A model generated the notes under the pieces. The model saw nothing but the letters and a program-made list of their open reading frames with translations. It did not search any database and was not told the origin of the DNA. DNA of 64,000 bases from Arenicellales bacterium (GTDB taxonomy: Bacteria > Pseudomonadota > Gammaproteobacteria > Arenicellales > JAJDZL01): the NCBI GenBank assembly GCA_965200645.1, contig CBDAUN010000001.1:211044-275043 (forward strand). Direction: 5' to 3'. A program made the position numbers and the translations under genes. Position 1 is the first letter of the stretch. Each line of letters starts with the position of its first letter. This document shows positions 50,743 through 60,792 of the stretch, one piece after another.

Positions 50743-52222
50743 CTTAAATCCTTCAACAAAAACCAGTATCGCATGCATCTGTGTACCGCAATTCCCGCTT
50801 CAGTTACTGGCTCGGTCACTACCGGAAGACTTTAACTCTCCACTTGCCGTAACTGACCGGGAAGACGCTGGGGCGGTCATCATGTTCGTCGACGAACGTG
50901 CGGCCAAGCAGAAGGTTCATCCCGGACTTCGTTATGCCACCGCTGTAACAGTATGCCCAACACTGCATGCCGCATCGGTGCATCCCAAACAGTTCGAAAA
51001 CGCCCATCAGGGCATTGTGCGCAGGTTGCAGAAGTTTGCCCCGGGTATTGAACCGGTGATGGAACTGCCCGGCGCATATTATCTCGACACTCGAGGTATG
51101 CAATGTCTTGCACCTGACATGCGAATCTGGGCAAAAAACATCCAGGAAGACTTGCTGAAGCATCTGTTGCTTCGTGTCAATATCGCTGTAGGTTTTACCC
51201 GCTTTGGGGTTTTTACTGCGGCACGTTCTATGACGCCTAACGGTGCTGTAAGGGTCTTTAAGTCCACTACTTCGGAGCGTCTGGCAGCACGGAATGCACC
51301 ACTGAACCTTCTTGTCCCTCCTTCAAGAGGGCTAAAGGAGTTGAGCAAACTTGACGTCCGTACCGTCAGAGATCTGCTGCGATTGCCTGAACGTGAAATC
51401 AGAACCAGATTCAACGATGATTTGTTTGAACTCGTACGCAGGGCAAAAACACAGGAAAACACCGTATACGCCATTAAGCTTCCGGAGACCTATAACGCCG
51501 TCGTCGATTTCGAATATGCGCAAAACGATGTCGAACAACTACTCGTTGCCATTCAGCATTCGTGTCGTCGTTTGCTGGAAAGGATGCAACGCAATGGTCA
51601 AGGCGTAAAGAACATGCACTTGCGTCTAAAACTGGATAGCGGAAAATCCGAAACCGAAAAACTAAACACTTCCGAACCCACACTGGATTTGGCAGTCATC
51701 ACCCAGTTGCTTCGACTCAGGTGCAACACACTGGACTTGGAACAGGGAGTTGTTGGCGTTGGCATTCATATGACTCCCGGCCCACTGTCAGAGGCGCAAC
51801 TCAGCTTGGACCAGGATTTGACCAAAACCATACGTGAACTAGCTGCCGCCGACCAGGCACTGGCACAAGTTTGTGCTGAATTCGGCATAAAACGAGTATT
51901 GCGTGCTAAGTGCACTGATTCACATTTGCCTGACGAGTCCTATTGTTGGGAATTTTTCGACCGAATGCGCAAGCCCGTCCCTTCACATCCGCAACAACCA
52001 TCGTTGATTCGCCGTGTTTACGATGCTCCTCGACGTATTGGAACGCCCTGTCGCACAAGACTCAAAAGGGTTTTGGGGCCTTATCACATTTCGGGATTTT
52101 GGTGGCGAACTACACCTGTAAAGCAAAGCCACTACTATGTTGAAACAAACATCGGTACAACTCTTTGGATCTACTACGACAACCTTGCCCGACAATGGTA
52201 CGAACAAGGCTTGGTGCAGTAA
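50729..52222 (+). CDS. imuB: Y-family polymerase-like ImuB
   Basis: ACICVPQFPLQ start, GV.PG...A, GPY..SGFWW...YYVE...WIYYD...W...G C-terminus; catalytic acidic residues not evident. Confidence 0.85.
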   Translation: MATTNLNPSTKTSIACICVPQFPLQLLARSLPEDFNSPLAVTDREDAGAVIMFVDERAAKQKVHPGLRYATAVTVCPTLHAASVHPKQFENAHQGIVRRLQKFAPGIEPVMELPGAYYLDTRGMQCLAPDMRIWAKNIQEDLLKHLLLRVNIAVGFTRFGVFTAARSMTPNGAVRVFKSTTSERLAARNAPLNLLVPPSRGLKELSKLDVRTVRDLLRLPEREIRTRFNDDLFELVRRAKTQENTVYAIKLPETYNAVVDFEYAQNDVEQLLVAIQHSCRRLLERMQRNGQGVKNMHLRLKLDSGKSETEKLNTSEPTLDLAVITQLLRLRCNTLDLEQGVVGVGIHMTPGPLSEAQLSLDQDLTKTIRELAAADQALAQVCAEFGIKRVLRAKCTDSHLPDESYCWEFFDRMRKPVPSHPQQPSLIRRVYDAPRRIGTPCRTRLKRVLGPYHISGFWWRTTPVKQSHYYVETNIGTTLWIYYDNLARQWYEQGLVQ

Positions 52223-52225
52223 ACG

Positions 52226-55200
52226 ATGCCCCGCACAAACTTATATACACCAATCTGGTGCAAGACCTACTATTCGTTTCTTGAAGGCGCCAGTTCGCCC
52301 AAGCAATATGTGGAACGAGCCGCCGAACTGAAACTGCCGGCCCTTGCTCTCACCGACCGGGACGGCGTATATGGTCTGGTAAAGGGGCATTTTGCTGCCC
52401 GCGAACATGACGTTCGTATCATCGCCGGCTCGCAGGTCACCGTGCAGCACAATAAAGGTTCTAATTTTGGCTTATTGCTTTTGGCACGCGATCAAACGGG
52501 ATATGCAAATCTTTGTAGTCTGATTACGCTGGGACGAAGACGCAGCACTAAGGGCAGTAGTTGTGTATCCCTTTCAGAATGCCGCAGTCGTGCGCAGGGA
52601 CTGCACGCCATATGGCTGCCGGAGGCGACAACCACGGTAGATGCCGAAAGTCTATCCCCCGAACTGGATGCAATGAAGTATGCATTCAGTGAACGACTTT
52701 CCATGATGCTGTGTCGGCACAAGGAACCGCATGACCAGATGCTGGAAGCACAAACCCGATCCCTCGCAAAACATCACTGCATCCGTACAGTCGCAGGCAC
52801 CGAGACCTTATACCACCACATCAGGCAACGTCCCATCCAAGACGTTCTTACCTGCATTCGCAATCATCGAACTGTTGCAGACTTGGGAACTTTGGCAAAG
52901 CAAAATGCAGGTCACTCACTAATGAGTATAGAAGACTTTTCGAACTTGTTTTCCGATGACCAGATGAGTCTGCAACGCACAATAGAAATTGCTGAAGACT
53001 GCACCTTCAACTTGGACACAATTCGCTATTCATATCCTACAGAAGAGATTGGCGACGGGCTGACTGCGTCTGAGCGGCTACGAAGATTGACATTTAAGGG
53101 TGCAAATCAACGTTATCACGGACTCATCCCTGACAATGTTGTGACACAGTTGGAAAGGGAATTACAGCTAATCAGTCAACTTGAGTACGACGGATATTTC
53201 CTGACCATGTATAGAATCGTCGAGTGGTGTCGCTTACAAAATATCCTGTGTCAAGGGCGCGGTTCGGCTGCAAATTCGGCTGTGTGCTACTGCCTTGGAA
53301 TCACCAGTATAGATCCGGTCAGCATGAACTTGCTGTTTGAACGTTTTCTGTCCCGCGAACGCGACGAACCCCCAGATATTGATTTAGATATCGAGCATCA
53401 GCGACGCGAAGAAGTCATTCAGTATGTGTACCGCACTTACGGGCGCGATCATACCGCCATGGTTGCGACGGTCATTCGTTATCGAAGCCGCTCGGCAGTC
53501 CGAGATGTCGGTGCTGCCTTCGGCGTACCCCGAACCGATCTGCATCGTCTGTCGAAGCAAATCCACTCGCACGGCGTGGTGTGCGCAGAAGACTTCGTAC
53601 GTGCTGGCGTAGATCCGTCAACACGCATCAATCAACTGCTGATACTGCTGGCAAATTCAATCATAGATTTTCCGCGACACCTGTCGATTCATCCCGGAGG
53701 CTTTGTATTTACCTCGGGACGAATTCAGGAACTGGTGCCGGTAGAAAATGCCACAATGCCGGGGCGTACTGTCATTCAATGGGAAAAGGGCGACATTGAA
53801 GACATGAAAATCTTCAAGGTTGATCTTTTGGGCCTCGGTGCACTCACGCAACTGCACCAGTGCTTCGACTTGGTTGCACAACTACATGGACATTCGCTGG
53901 GGATTCACTCGATTCCGAAGGACGACCCCGAAGTATTCGATATGCTGATCAAGGCGGAGACTACGGGAGTATTTCAAATCGAAAGTCGTGCACAAATGAG
54001 CATGCTTCCTCGACTTAAGCCCCGTCAATGGTACGATCTGGTGGTGCAGATTGCAATCGTGCGTCCGGGCCCGATTTCAGGCGGTATGGTGCATCCGTAT
54101 CTGCAAAGACGTGCTGGAAAGGAATCCGTAACATACCCTCATCCGTGCCTGATTCCAGTTTTGAATAAGACTCTCGGTATCCCCATATTTCAAGAGCAGG
54201 TGATCAAGCTTGCTATGGTCGCAGCGGACTATCAACCCGGCGAAGCCGATCAACTACGGCGTGACATAGCGGCTTGGGGAAAAGGTGGTCGCATTGACCA
54301 ACATCGTGAAAAACTGATATCCGGGATGATGGCCAAGGGGATAAAAAGGAAGTTTGCTGAACAGATTTTCGACCAACTACGCGGGTTTGGTGAATATGGC
54401 TTCCCGGAATCCCACTCCGCCAGTTTCGCCATTATTGCTTATGCGGCTTCCTATCTAAAGTGCCACTATCCCGCTGAATTCGCCTGCTCGCTGCTGAACT
54501 CTCAGCCGATGGGGTTTTACTCTCCTTCAACAATTATTGAAGACGCCAGACGTCATGGCGTTGAAATTCTTCCGGCCAATGTGCAGTTGAGTCAGTGGGA
54601 CTGTACGGTTGAACCTTGCAAAAAAAGCATTAAGGGATTTGCACTGCGAATTGGACTTCGCTACATCAAGGGCCTGAATAAAAGCGACGGCAAAAAACTT
54701 GAGTCCGTTGGAAGCAAGGTTCATTCCGTCCAGGAATTGTCAGAAAAAGCTGGTGTTTCCAAGACATCTTTATGCAAACTGGCTGAAGCAGGGGCTTTGC
54801 AGAATCTGACAAAGAACCGAAGGCTCGCATTATGGGATGCCCATGGCATAGAAGACAGAGAAATTATTTTCCGGCCACCTGCCGAAAAGGTTGAGTTTTC
54901 ACACCTTGACGCTAAGCAAAGCAACGAATGGGACTATCGCTCCATGGGTGTGAGTAGCAGCGGACACCTACTGACCTACTACCGCGACCAGTTGGACTCA
55001 AAAGGCCTACCAACTGCAAAAACTGTCAACGCACTGGCAAACGAGACAGAAATCACCTATGTCGGGATAGTGATCTGTCGTCAACGACCGGCGAGTGCTT
55101 CAAGCGTAGTATTCATGACATTGGAGGACGAAACTGGATATGTCAATGTCATTCTATGGCCCCGCTGCTTTGAGCGCTATTTGAAGCTAGCTCGGTCACT

Positions 55201-55327
55201 AGTGTTGATGGGTGTCAGTGGTAAACTTCAAGTCGCAAACAATGTGGTCAATCTAATCGCAGAGTCAATCTGGGACCCGGGTGACATCATTCCGTGGAAA
55301 AACTTCAAGTCGCGGGATTTTCATTGA
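52226..55327 (+). CDS. dnaE2: Error-prone DNA polymerase III alpha subunit DnaE2 (ImuC)
   Basis: SFLEGAS, QGRGSAANS, EPPDIDLD, PRHLSIHPGG, YGFPESH, C-terminal SRDFH motif. Confidence 0.96.
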   Translation: MPRTNLYTPIWCKTYYSFLEGASSPKQYVERAAELKLPALALTDRDGVYGLVKGHFAAREHDVRIIAGSQVTVQHNKGSNFGLLLLARDQTGYANLCSLITLGRRRSTKGSSCVSLSECRSRAQGLHAIWLPEATTTVDAESLSPELDAMKYAFSERLSMMLCRHKEPHDQMLEAQTRSLAKHHCIRTVAGTETLYHHIRQRPIQDVLTCIRNHRTVADLGTLAKQNAGHSLMSIEDFSNLFSDDQMSLQRTIEIAEDCTFNLDTIRYSYPTEEIGDGLTASERLRRLTFKGANQRYHGLIPDNVVTQLERELQLISQLEYDGYFLTMYRIVEWCRLQNILCQGRGSAANSAVCYCLGITSIDPVSMNLLFERFLSRERDEPPDIDLDIEHQRREEVIQYVYRTYGRDHTAMVATVIRYRSRSAVRDVGAAFGVPRTDLHRLSKQIHSHGVVCAEDFVRAGVDPSTRINQLLILLANSIIDFPRHLSIHPGGFVFTSGRIQELVPVENATMPGRTVIQWEKGDIEDMKIFKVDLLGLGALTQLHQCFDLVAQLHGHSLGIHSIPKDDPEVFDMLIKAETTGVFQIESRAQMSMLPRLKPRQWYDLVVQIAIVRPGPISGGMVHPYLQRRAGKESVTYPHPCLIPVLNKTLGIPIFQEQVIKLAMVAADYQPGEADQLRRDIAAWGKGGRIDQHREKLISGMMAKGIKRKFAEQIFDQLRGFGEYGFPESHSASFAIIAYAASYLKCHYPAEFACSLLNSQPMGFYSPSTIIEDARRHGVEILPANVQLSQWDCTVEPCKKSIKGFALRIGLRYIKGLNKSDGKKLESVGSKVHSVQELSEKAGVSKTSLCKLAEAGALQNLTKNRRLALWDAHGIEDREIIFRPPAEKVEFSHLDAKQSNEWDYRSMGVSSSGHLLTYYRDQLDSKGLPTAKTVNALANETEITYVGIVICRQRPASASSVVFMTLEDETGYVNVILWPRCFERYLKLARSLVLMGVSGKLQVANNVVNLIAESIWDPGDIIPWKNFKSRDFH

Positions 55328-55579
55328 GGAATTAAAGGATTCGCCGAAATAGGAATTCAAAAAACTTAAGTCCCTCAATACCAACAAATTCTCATATCTC
55401 TTGCCTGATAGGCAGTGAATGTCTCAATAAACAGTAAAGTGTAGAAAATTCAATAACACGCGGTCCTTAATGCATGCTTGATTTTTTCAATTCAGTAACC
55501 ATCTATTGGCTTAATTACCCTACAATTGAACACTTGTCACTCAGCAAGATGCCGAAGACTTAAACAAGGAAATGACACG

Positions 55580-55771
55580 ATGGGCGAACCTTTAGAAACT
55601 TGGGAAATGATCCTGCTTGGCCTGGTCGGTGTGGGTGGGATATTCCTGTTGTATCCAGGATTAAAACGAATTTCTGCGGAAAGCGAAAAGGCCGAAAAGG
55701 ATTGGTCGGGACTTCTCCTCCCCATAGGCGCAGTCGTTGCGTTCGTCATCCTATTGATTATGATTGTCTGA
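55580..55771 (+). CDS. Small hypothetical membrane protein (two TM segments)
   Basis: AAGGA RBS; MGEPLETWEMILLGLVG...DWSGLLLPIGAVVAFVILLIMIV. Confidence 0.65.
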   Translation: MGEPLETWEMILLGLVGVGGIFLLYPGLKRISAESEKAEKDWSGLLLPIGAVVAFVILLIMIV

Positions 55772-55903
55772 CCTGAACGGAGTCGACCCAGCACTTGTCG
55801 ACTAGTACACGACATACTTAGGTACCGACAGTATTTCTTTGTTTTGCAACAATTAAAGGGTTACCCGACTGACTGCAGCAATGCGTAATTTTCCATACAT
55901 AAA

Positions 55904-56602
55904 TTGATGAAAAAAGTACTCGTCATCAGACACGCAGAAGAGTCCATGGCAGATAAAGTTGCCTCTTGGATGGAGCAAAACGGCATTGAACAGGAGGTTT
56001 TTGTTCCTGCAAATGGGGATAAACTTCCTCAAGATACCTCCGAATATGATGCACTAGTCATATACGGCGGAGTACAAAGTGCGAACGATGGGGAAAAGCA
56101 CCCTTACATTGCCAAAGAAATAGCACTAGTAGCTGACTGGGCCACTGCAAACAGACCTGTTCTCGGAATTTGTCTAGGTGCTCAGATATTGGCCAAGTCT
56201 TTAGGTGGTGAAGTGGGGCCACATCCGGATGAGCGATTTGAAATTGGTTTCAATCCTGTATTGCCAGTGCCTGATTCAGATGGATTCATGCCAGACAAGA
56301 ACTACTTTTATCAGTGGCATGGTGAAGGGTTTACGATCCCGGAAAACTGCCAAAAACTCGCTGGCGGCGAAGAATTTCCCAATCAGGCGTTTCGCTATAG
56401 AGAAAAAGCTTATGGATTTCAATTTCATCCGGAAGCGACTCGGGAAGTTATGCAGGAATGGATGTCCTATAACGAAGGTAAACTTGAACACCGCCTTGGA
56501 GCCCATCTGCCGGACCGCCAACTTGAAGATGAACGTCGCTACAGTGAAACCATGCATAATTGGCTATCGGAATTTTTGAGTGGATGGTTCAAGACCTGGT
56601 AG
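55904..56602 (+). CDS. Class I glutamine amidotransferase-like protein
   Basis: LGICLGAQ nucleophile elbow, QWHGE, QFHPE triad. Confidence 0.9.
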   Translation: MMKKVLVIRHAEESMADKVASWMEQNGIEQEVFVPANGDKLPQDTSEYDALVIYGGVQSANDGEKHPYIAKEIALVADWATANRPVLGICLGAQILAKSLGGEVGPHPDERFEIGFNPVLPVPDSDGFMPDKNYFYQWHGEGFTIPENCQKLAGGEEFPNQAFRYREKAYGFQFHPEATREVMQEWMSYNEGKLEHRLGAHLPDRQLEDERRYSETMHNWLSEFLSGWFKTW

Positions 56603-56611
56603 CCTTGAATT

Positions 56612-59323
56612 TTGCAACAACCGAAACTATTTAAATTGAATTCAGAACCTGCCACATTAAAACGTACCCTACTGGCAGACTACGCCGCGCCGCATTTCCT
56701 TGTTCCAAAGATCAATTTGCACTTTGTTCTAAATGCGGATACCACCACCGTAACTTCTAGGTTGACTGTAACAAAGTCTGACTGTGAATCCGACCAGCCT
56801 CTAATTCTGTTTGGTACTAAGCTCGAGCTAGTATCAATTCATTTAAACGACAACAAACTTGTTTACGATGATTATCGCTTCGAAGGCGAGAACTTGATTA
56901 TCGACAACCCTCCAGACGAGTTTGAGTTGCGCATTGTCAATCGAATTCAACCATCCACCAATAAGGCATTATTGGGACTTTACGTATCGGGAAATACCCT
57001 AACCACACAATGCGAGGCAGAGGGATTTCGGGCAATAACCTATTTTCCTGATCGCCCCGACGTTCTAAGCGAGTACACCGTTACTTTGGAGGCACAGCCA
57101 AGCGTCTATGCGGTCCTGCTCTCAAATGGGGAACTAATCGATAGCGGCACTTTGGAAAATGGACGTCATTATGCGACTTGGCATGATCCTAGCCCTAAAC
57201 CGTGCTACCTGTTTGCCTTAGTAGCCGGAAGATTGGATAAGCTGTCTGACGAATACATCACTGGTAGCGGACGAAGTGTGCAGCTTGAGTTCTATGCTGA
57301 GTCAAACCAGGTGCACAAGTGTGAATGGGCCATGGATTGCTTGAAGCGTGCCATGCTCTGGGATGAACAAAACTACGGTAGAGAGTATGAACTCAACCGT
57401 TACATGGTGGTGGCGGTTGACGACTTTAACATGGGTGCCATGGAAAACAAGGGTCTTAATATTTTCAATTCAAAGTACGTCTACGCCAAACCGGAAACAG
57501 CGACTGACCTCGACTATCACAGCGTTGAAGCAGTCATCGCACATGAGTACTTTCATAACTGGAGTGGTAATCGTGTCACTCTGCGTGATTGGTTTCAGTT
57601 GAGTTTGAAAGAAGGATTTACCATCTATCGTGAACAGCAATTCAGTGCGGACATGGGTTCCAAAGCAGTGCAGCGAATCCGCGATGCGAACATGATCAAG
57701 GTACATCAGTTTCGTGAAGATCAGGGTCCTACCTCACATCCAGTGCAACCAGACTCTTATGTCACAATAAATAATTTTTACACCTTGACGATATACAACA
57801 AAGGCGCAGAGTTAATTCGAATGATGCATGTGCTTTTGGGTGCGGATGCCTATCGCAAGGGCACTGACCTTTATTTCAGTCGTCACAATGGATCCGCAGT
57901 AACTATTGAAGAATTTGTCCGAGCGCTGGAAGATGCGAGCGGCTTTGATCTTGACCAATTCAGGCATTGGTACAAAACCAAGGGCACCCCGACAGTGATT
58001 GTCGAACGCCAATACGACCACGAGCAGAATATCTATTCATTGACATTTGAACAAAGTATCGACGAAGCAACTGAACACCACAACGGTGCACTACAGATTC
58101 CCATACAAACCGCTCTTTTGGCATCCGATGGACGAAAGATTGATATTCGTTTGACACCCAATCCTGCAGAAGTAAAAGAGGAAGTTGTTTTACAACTGAA
58201 TAAACGAAGACAAACTTTTAGTTTCTATGAAGTGGCAGCCGAACCGGTGCCATCATTGTTACGTGGGTTTTCAGCGCCAGTGGAACTGGTAAACCCCCTA
58301 TCAAATGAGGAACTTCAGTTTTTGATAGCAAACGATACTGACTCTTTTTGTCGCTGGGATGCATCACAGATTGTTGCCAAAAACCATTTGCTTGAACTGA
58401 TTGCAAGCGTACAGAACAATTCCAAACCACCGGACTGCAGTAAGTTTTTGTCAACTTTTGAATCCGTACTGACTGCAGACGATGACCCAGCTCTAAAAGC
58501 GCAACTACTGACACTCCCCTCAGAAATTGCCATTGGTCAGGCCATGGATGTGGTTGACCCAAAGTCAATCCATCACGCCAGAAAAACACTCGTTAGACTA
58601 ATTGCTAATACCCACTTTGACTCCTTGATGTCGGTTTATCAATCCAAAGCTCACGTTAGTGGTGAACAATACGACGGGGTTAGCGCCGGTCACAGAAGTC
58701 TTCGTAACTTATGTCTTTCATATTTGATTGCTATTGACAGCAAAGAGATTTGGGATTTGGCATACCAGCAATTTCTAAATAGTCGCAATATGACGGATCG
58801 CGCTGAAGCTTTACAGGCACTCACTTCATCAAACAGCCCAATGCGCCAAAGTGCGCTCGACCAGTTCTTTGATCGTTACGTCAACGACTCTCTCGTCATT
58901 GATAAGTGGTATCGCATTCAGGCAACAGCTTCGCGTGACGACACGCTGCAAAGAGTTGTTGAATTGACGCAACATTCATCCTTTAGAATTGATGTGCCAA
59001 ACCGAGTCATCGCCCTGATCGGGGGGGTTTGTTTTGCTAATCCATCCTGCTTTCACGCCAAAGACGGGTTTGGGTATGACTTGCTTGCCGACTATATTCA
59101 GAAAATTGACCCGTCAAACCCGCAACTTGCGGCACGATTGGCAGATGGCTTTTCCGAAATTCGAAGATATGGCATAGATCACCAGGACCGAATGCTTCAG
59201 CGTCTCAATCGAATCACATCGGGGGATGCTCTTTCTGTTGATCTTGCGGAAGTCATTGAGATGATTCTCAAACCGTTCTATGCGGACTCACAGGTACAAC
59301 AGGAATCGGTTGCAACCGTATAA
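56612..59323 (+). CDS. pepN: Aminopeptidase N
   Basis: TQCEAEGFR, GAMENKGLN, HEYFHNW...LKEG (HExxH+E), Y.KGAE. Confidence 0.96.
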   Translation: MQQPKLFKLNSEPATLKRTLLADYAAPHFLVPKINLHFVLNADTTTVTSRLTVTKSDCESDQPLILFGTKLELVSIHLNDNKLVYDDYRFEGENLIIDNPPDEFELRIVNRIQPSTNKALLGLYVSGNTLTTQCEAEGFRAITYFPDRPDVLSEYTVTLEAQPSVYAVLLSNGELIDSGTLENGRHYATWHDPSPKPCYLFALVAGRLDKLSDEYITGSGRSVQLEFYAESNQVHKCEWAMDCLKRAMLWDEQNYGREYELNRYMVVAVDDFNMGAMENKGLNIFNSKYVYAKPETATDLDYHSVEAVIAHEYFHNWSGNRVTLRDWFQLSLKEGFTIYREQQFSADMGSKAVQRIRDANMIKVHQFREDQGPTSHPVQPDSYVTINNFYTLTIYNKGAELIRMMHVLLGADAYRKGTDLYFSRHNGSAVTIEEFVRALEDASGFDLDQFRHWYKTKGTPTVIVERQYDHEQNIYSLTFEQSIDEATEHHNGALQIPIQTALLASDGRKIDIRLTPNPAEVKEEVVLQLNKRRQTFSFYEVAAEPVPSLLRGFSAPVELVNPLSNEELQFLIANDTDSFCRWDASQIVAKNHLLELIASVQNNSKPPDCSKFLSTFESVLTADDDPALKAQLLTLPSEIAIGQAMDVVDPKSIHHARKTLVRLIANTHFDSLMSVYQSKAHVSGEQYDGVSAGHRSLRNLCLSYLIAIDSKEIWDLAYQQFLNSRNMTDRAEALQALTSSNSPMRQSALDQFFDRYVNDSLVIDKWYRIQATASRDDTLQRVVELTQHSSFRIDVPNRVIALIGGVCFANPSCFHAKDGFGYDLLADYIQKIDPSNPQLAARLADGFSEIRRYGIDHQDRMLQRLNRITSGDALSVDLAEVIEMILKPFYADSQVQQESVATV

Positions 59324-59347
59324 TCGGTTGAAAGTGGCAAATCCCAA

Positions 59348-60064
59348 ATGCCAAAGTCCAAAGACATTCAAGTTACCAAATCGTCGACGAGTAAGGAAGT
59401 TGATGCGTTCCTGAAGAAAGTCGCGATTACGCCTCGACCTGTGGCAAGTGGTCGAAGAGGTCGACTGATTTTTGGCATGGACGCCACCGCCAGTCGTGAG
59501 CCAATGTGGGATCAAGCCTGTCATATTCAGGCAGAAATGTTTAATGTTACAGCCGACCATGGCGGGTTGGACGTTCAACTAACCTACTATCGCGGATTTC
59601 ATGAATTCCGAGCCAGCCGTTGGGTCAGCGCTGCTGTAGAATTACACGGCATCATGACAAACACTTCATGCGCCGGCGGTTTAACGCAAATCGGTCGTTT
59701 GCTCAGCCATGTCAAGAAGGAGTCGGAAAAATCGAAAGTCAATGCTTTGGTTTTTGTTGGAGATGCCGTCGAGGAAAATATTGACGAACTTTCCCATAAA
59801 GCAGGTCACCTGGGTTTGATAGGAGTACCTGCATTTATGTTTCACGAAGGATACAACCCCGTAGCCGAACGGGCCTTTCGCGAAATCGCTAAGCTATCCG
59901 GCGGTGCCTATTCCCGATTTGATGCATCCAGCGCACAACAACTTAGAGACTTGCTGGCAGCTGTAGCTATCTTTGCGTCCGGAGGACGCAAGGCTTTAGA
60001 GGACTTTAGCAGTAAGCGGCGAGGCGTTGTCGCTCAACTGACTCATCAGATTAGCAAAAACTGA
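59348..60064 (+). CDS. VWA domain-containing protein
   Basis: MIDAS-like DATAS, GLTQI, VFVGDA.EE. Confidence 0.8.
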   Translation: MPKSKDIQVTKSSTSKEVDAFLKKVAITPRPVASGRRGRLIFGMDATASREPMWDQACHIQAEMFNVTADHGGLDVQLTYYRGFHEFRASRWVSAAVELHGIMTNTSCAGGLTQIGRLLSHVKKESEKSKVNALVFVGDAVEENIDELSHKAGHLGLIGVPAFMFHEGYNPVAERAFREIAKLSGGAYSRFDASSAQQLRDLLAAVAIFASGGRKALEDFSSKRRGVVAQLTHQISKN

Positions 60065-60066
60065 TA

Positions 60067-60792
60067 ATGGTCCGATTTTTCATTCTGCTCACTTTGGTGA
60101 TCGGCTTGATGTGGCTGTTTGCCCGCCTCGGCAGAATGTCACCACAACACCGCTCAAGATACCTGAAAATTGCTGCCTTGTGGATTGGCGGAGGACTGTT
60201 ACTGGCGGCCATTCTTACCGGAAAACTACATCCTTTATTTGCCATCGCAGGTGCTGCTTTTCCATGGATACAGCGATTCATCTTGATGCGCAGTGCATAC
60301 CAGATGTTCAGTTCTTGGAAAGGGCCTGCACAAGGTGCCAAACCGGGACAGTCATCAGATGTCAGAACAAAATTTCTCGAAATGGTGCTTGATCACGACA
60401 CCGGTGCGATCTCAGGTACTGTAATTGCCGGTAACTTTAAAGGACGAACCCTTAATGATTTGAGCGTTGAGGAAATTGCTGAATTGATCAGCGAGTGCCA
60501 AACAAGCGATAAGCAGTCAGTATCGCTCATTCAGGCCTATCTCGACAAGATGAGACCTGATGAATGGGACGAATATGCGCGGGAGCACGGCGCACATGAA
60601 GAACATGCACAAGGTGATGGGTCGATGTCCAAAGAAGAGGCTCTGCAAGTTCTGGAACTAGCGGAAGGTGCGACCAAAGAGGAGATCATTGAGTCGCATC
60701 GCAGATTGATGCAGCGCAATCATCCGGATCGGGGTGGATCTACGTGGGTGGCAGCTCGTATCAATCAGGCGAAGGATGTTTTGCTGTCATGA
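60067..60792 (+). CDS. Membrane-anchored protein with C-terminal J-domain
   Basis: N-terminal hydrophobic helices, LDHDTG.I.G.V..G.F.G middle domain, C-terminal MS.EEAL.VL...HR.LM..NHPDRGGS...IN.AKD (Pam18-like J-domain). Confidence 0.85.
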   Translation: MVRFFILLTLVIGLMWLFARLGRMSPQHRSRYLKIAALWIGGGLLLAAILTGKLHPLFAIAGAAFPWIQRFILMRSAYQMFSSWKGPAQGAKPGQSSDVRTKFLEMVLDHDTGAISGTVIAGNFKGRTLNDLSVEEIAELISECQTSDKQSVSLIQAYLDKMRPDEWDEYAREHGAHEEHAQGDGSMSKEEALQVLELAEGATKEEIIESHRRLMQRNHPDRGGSTWVAARINQAKDVLLS

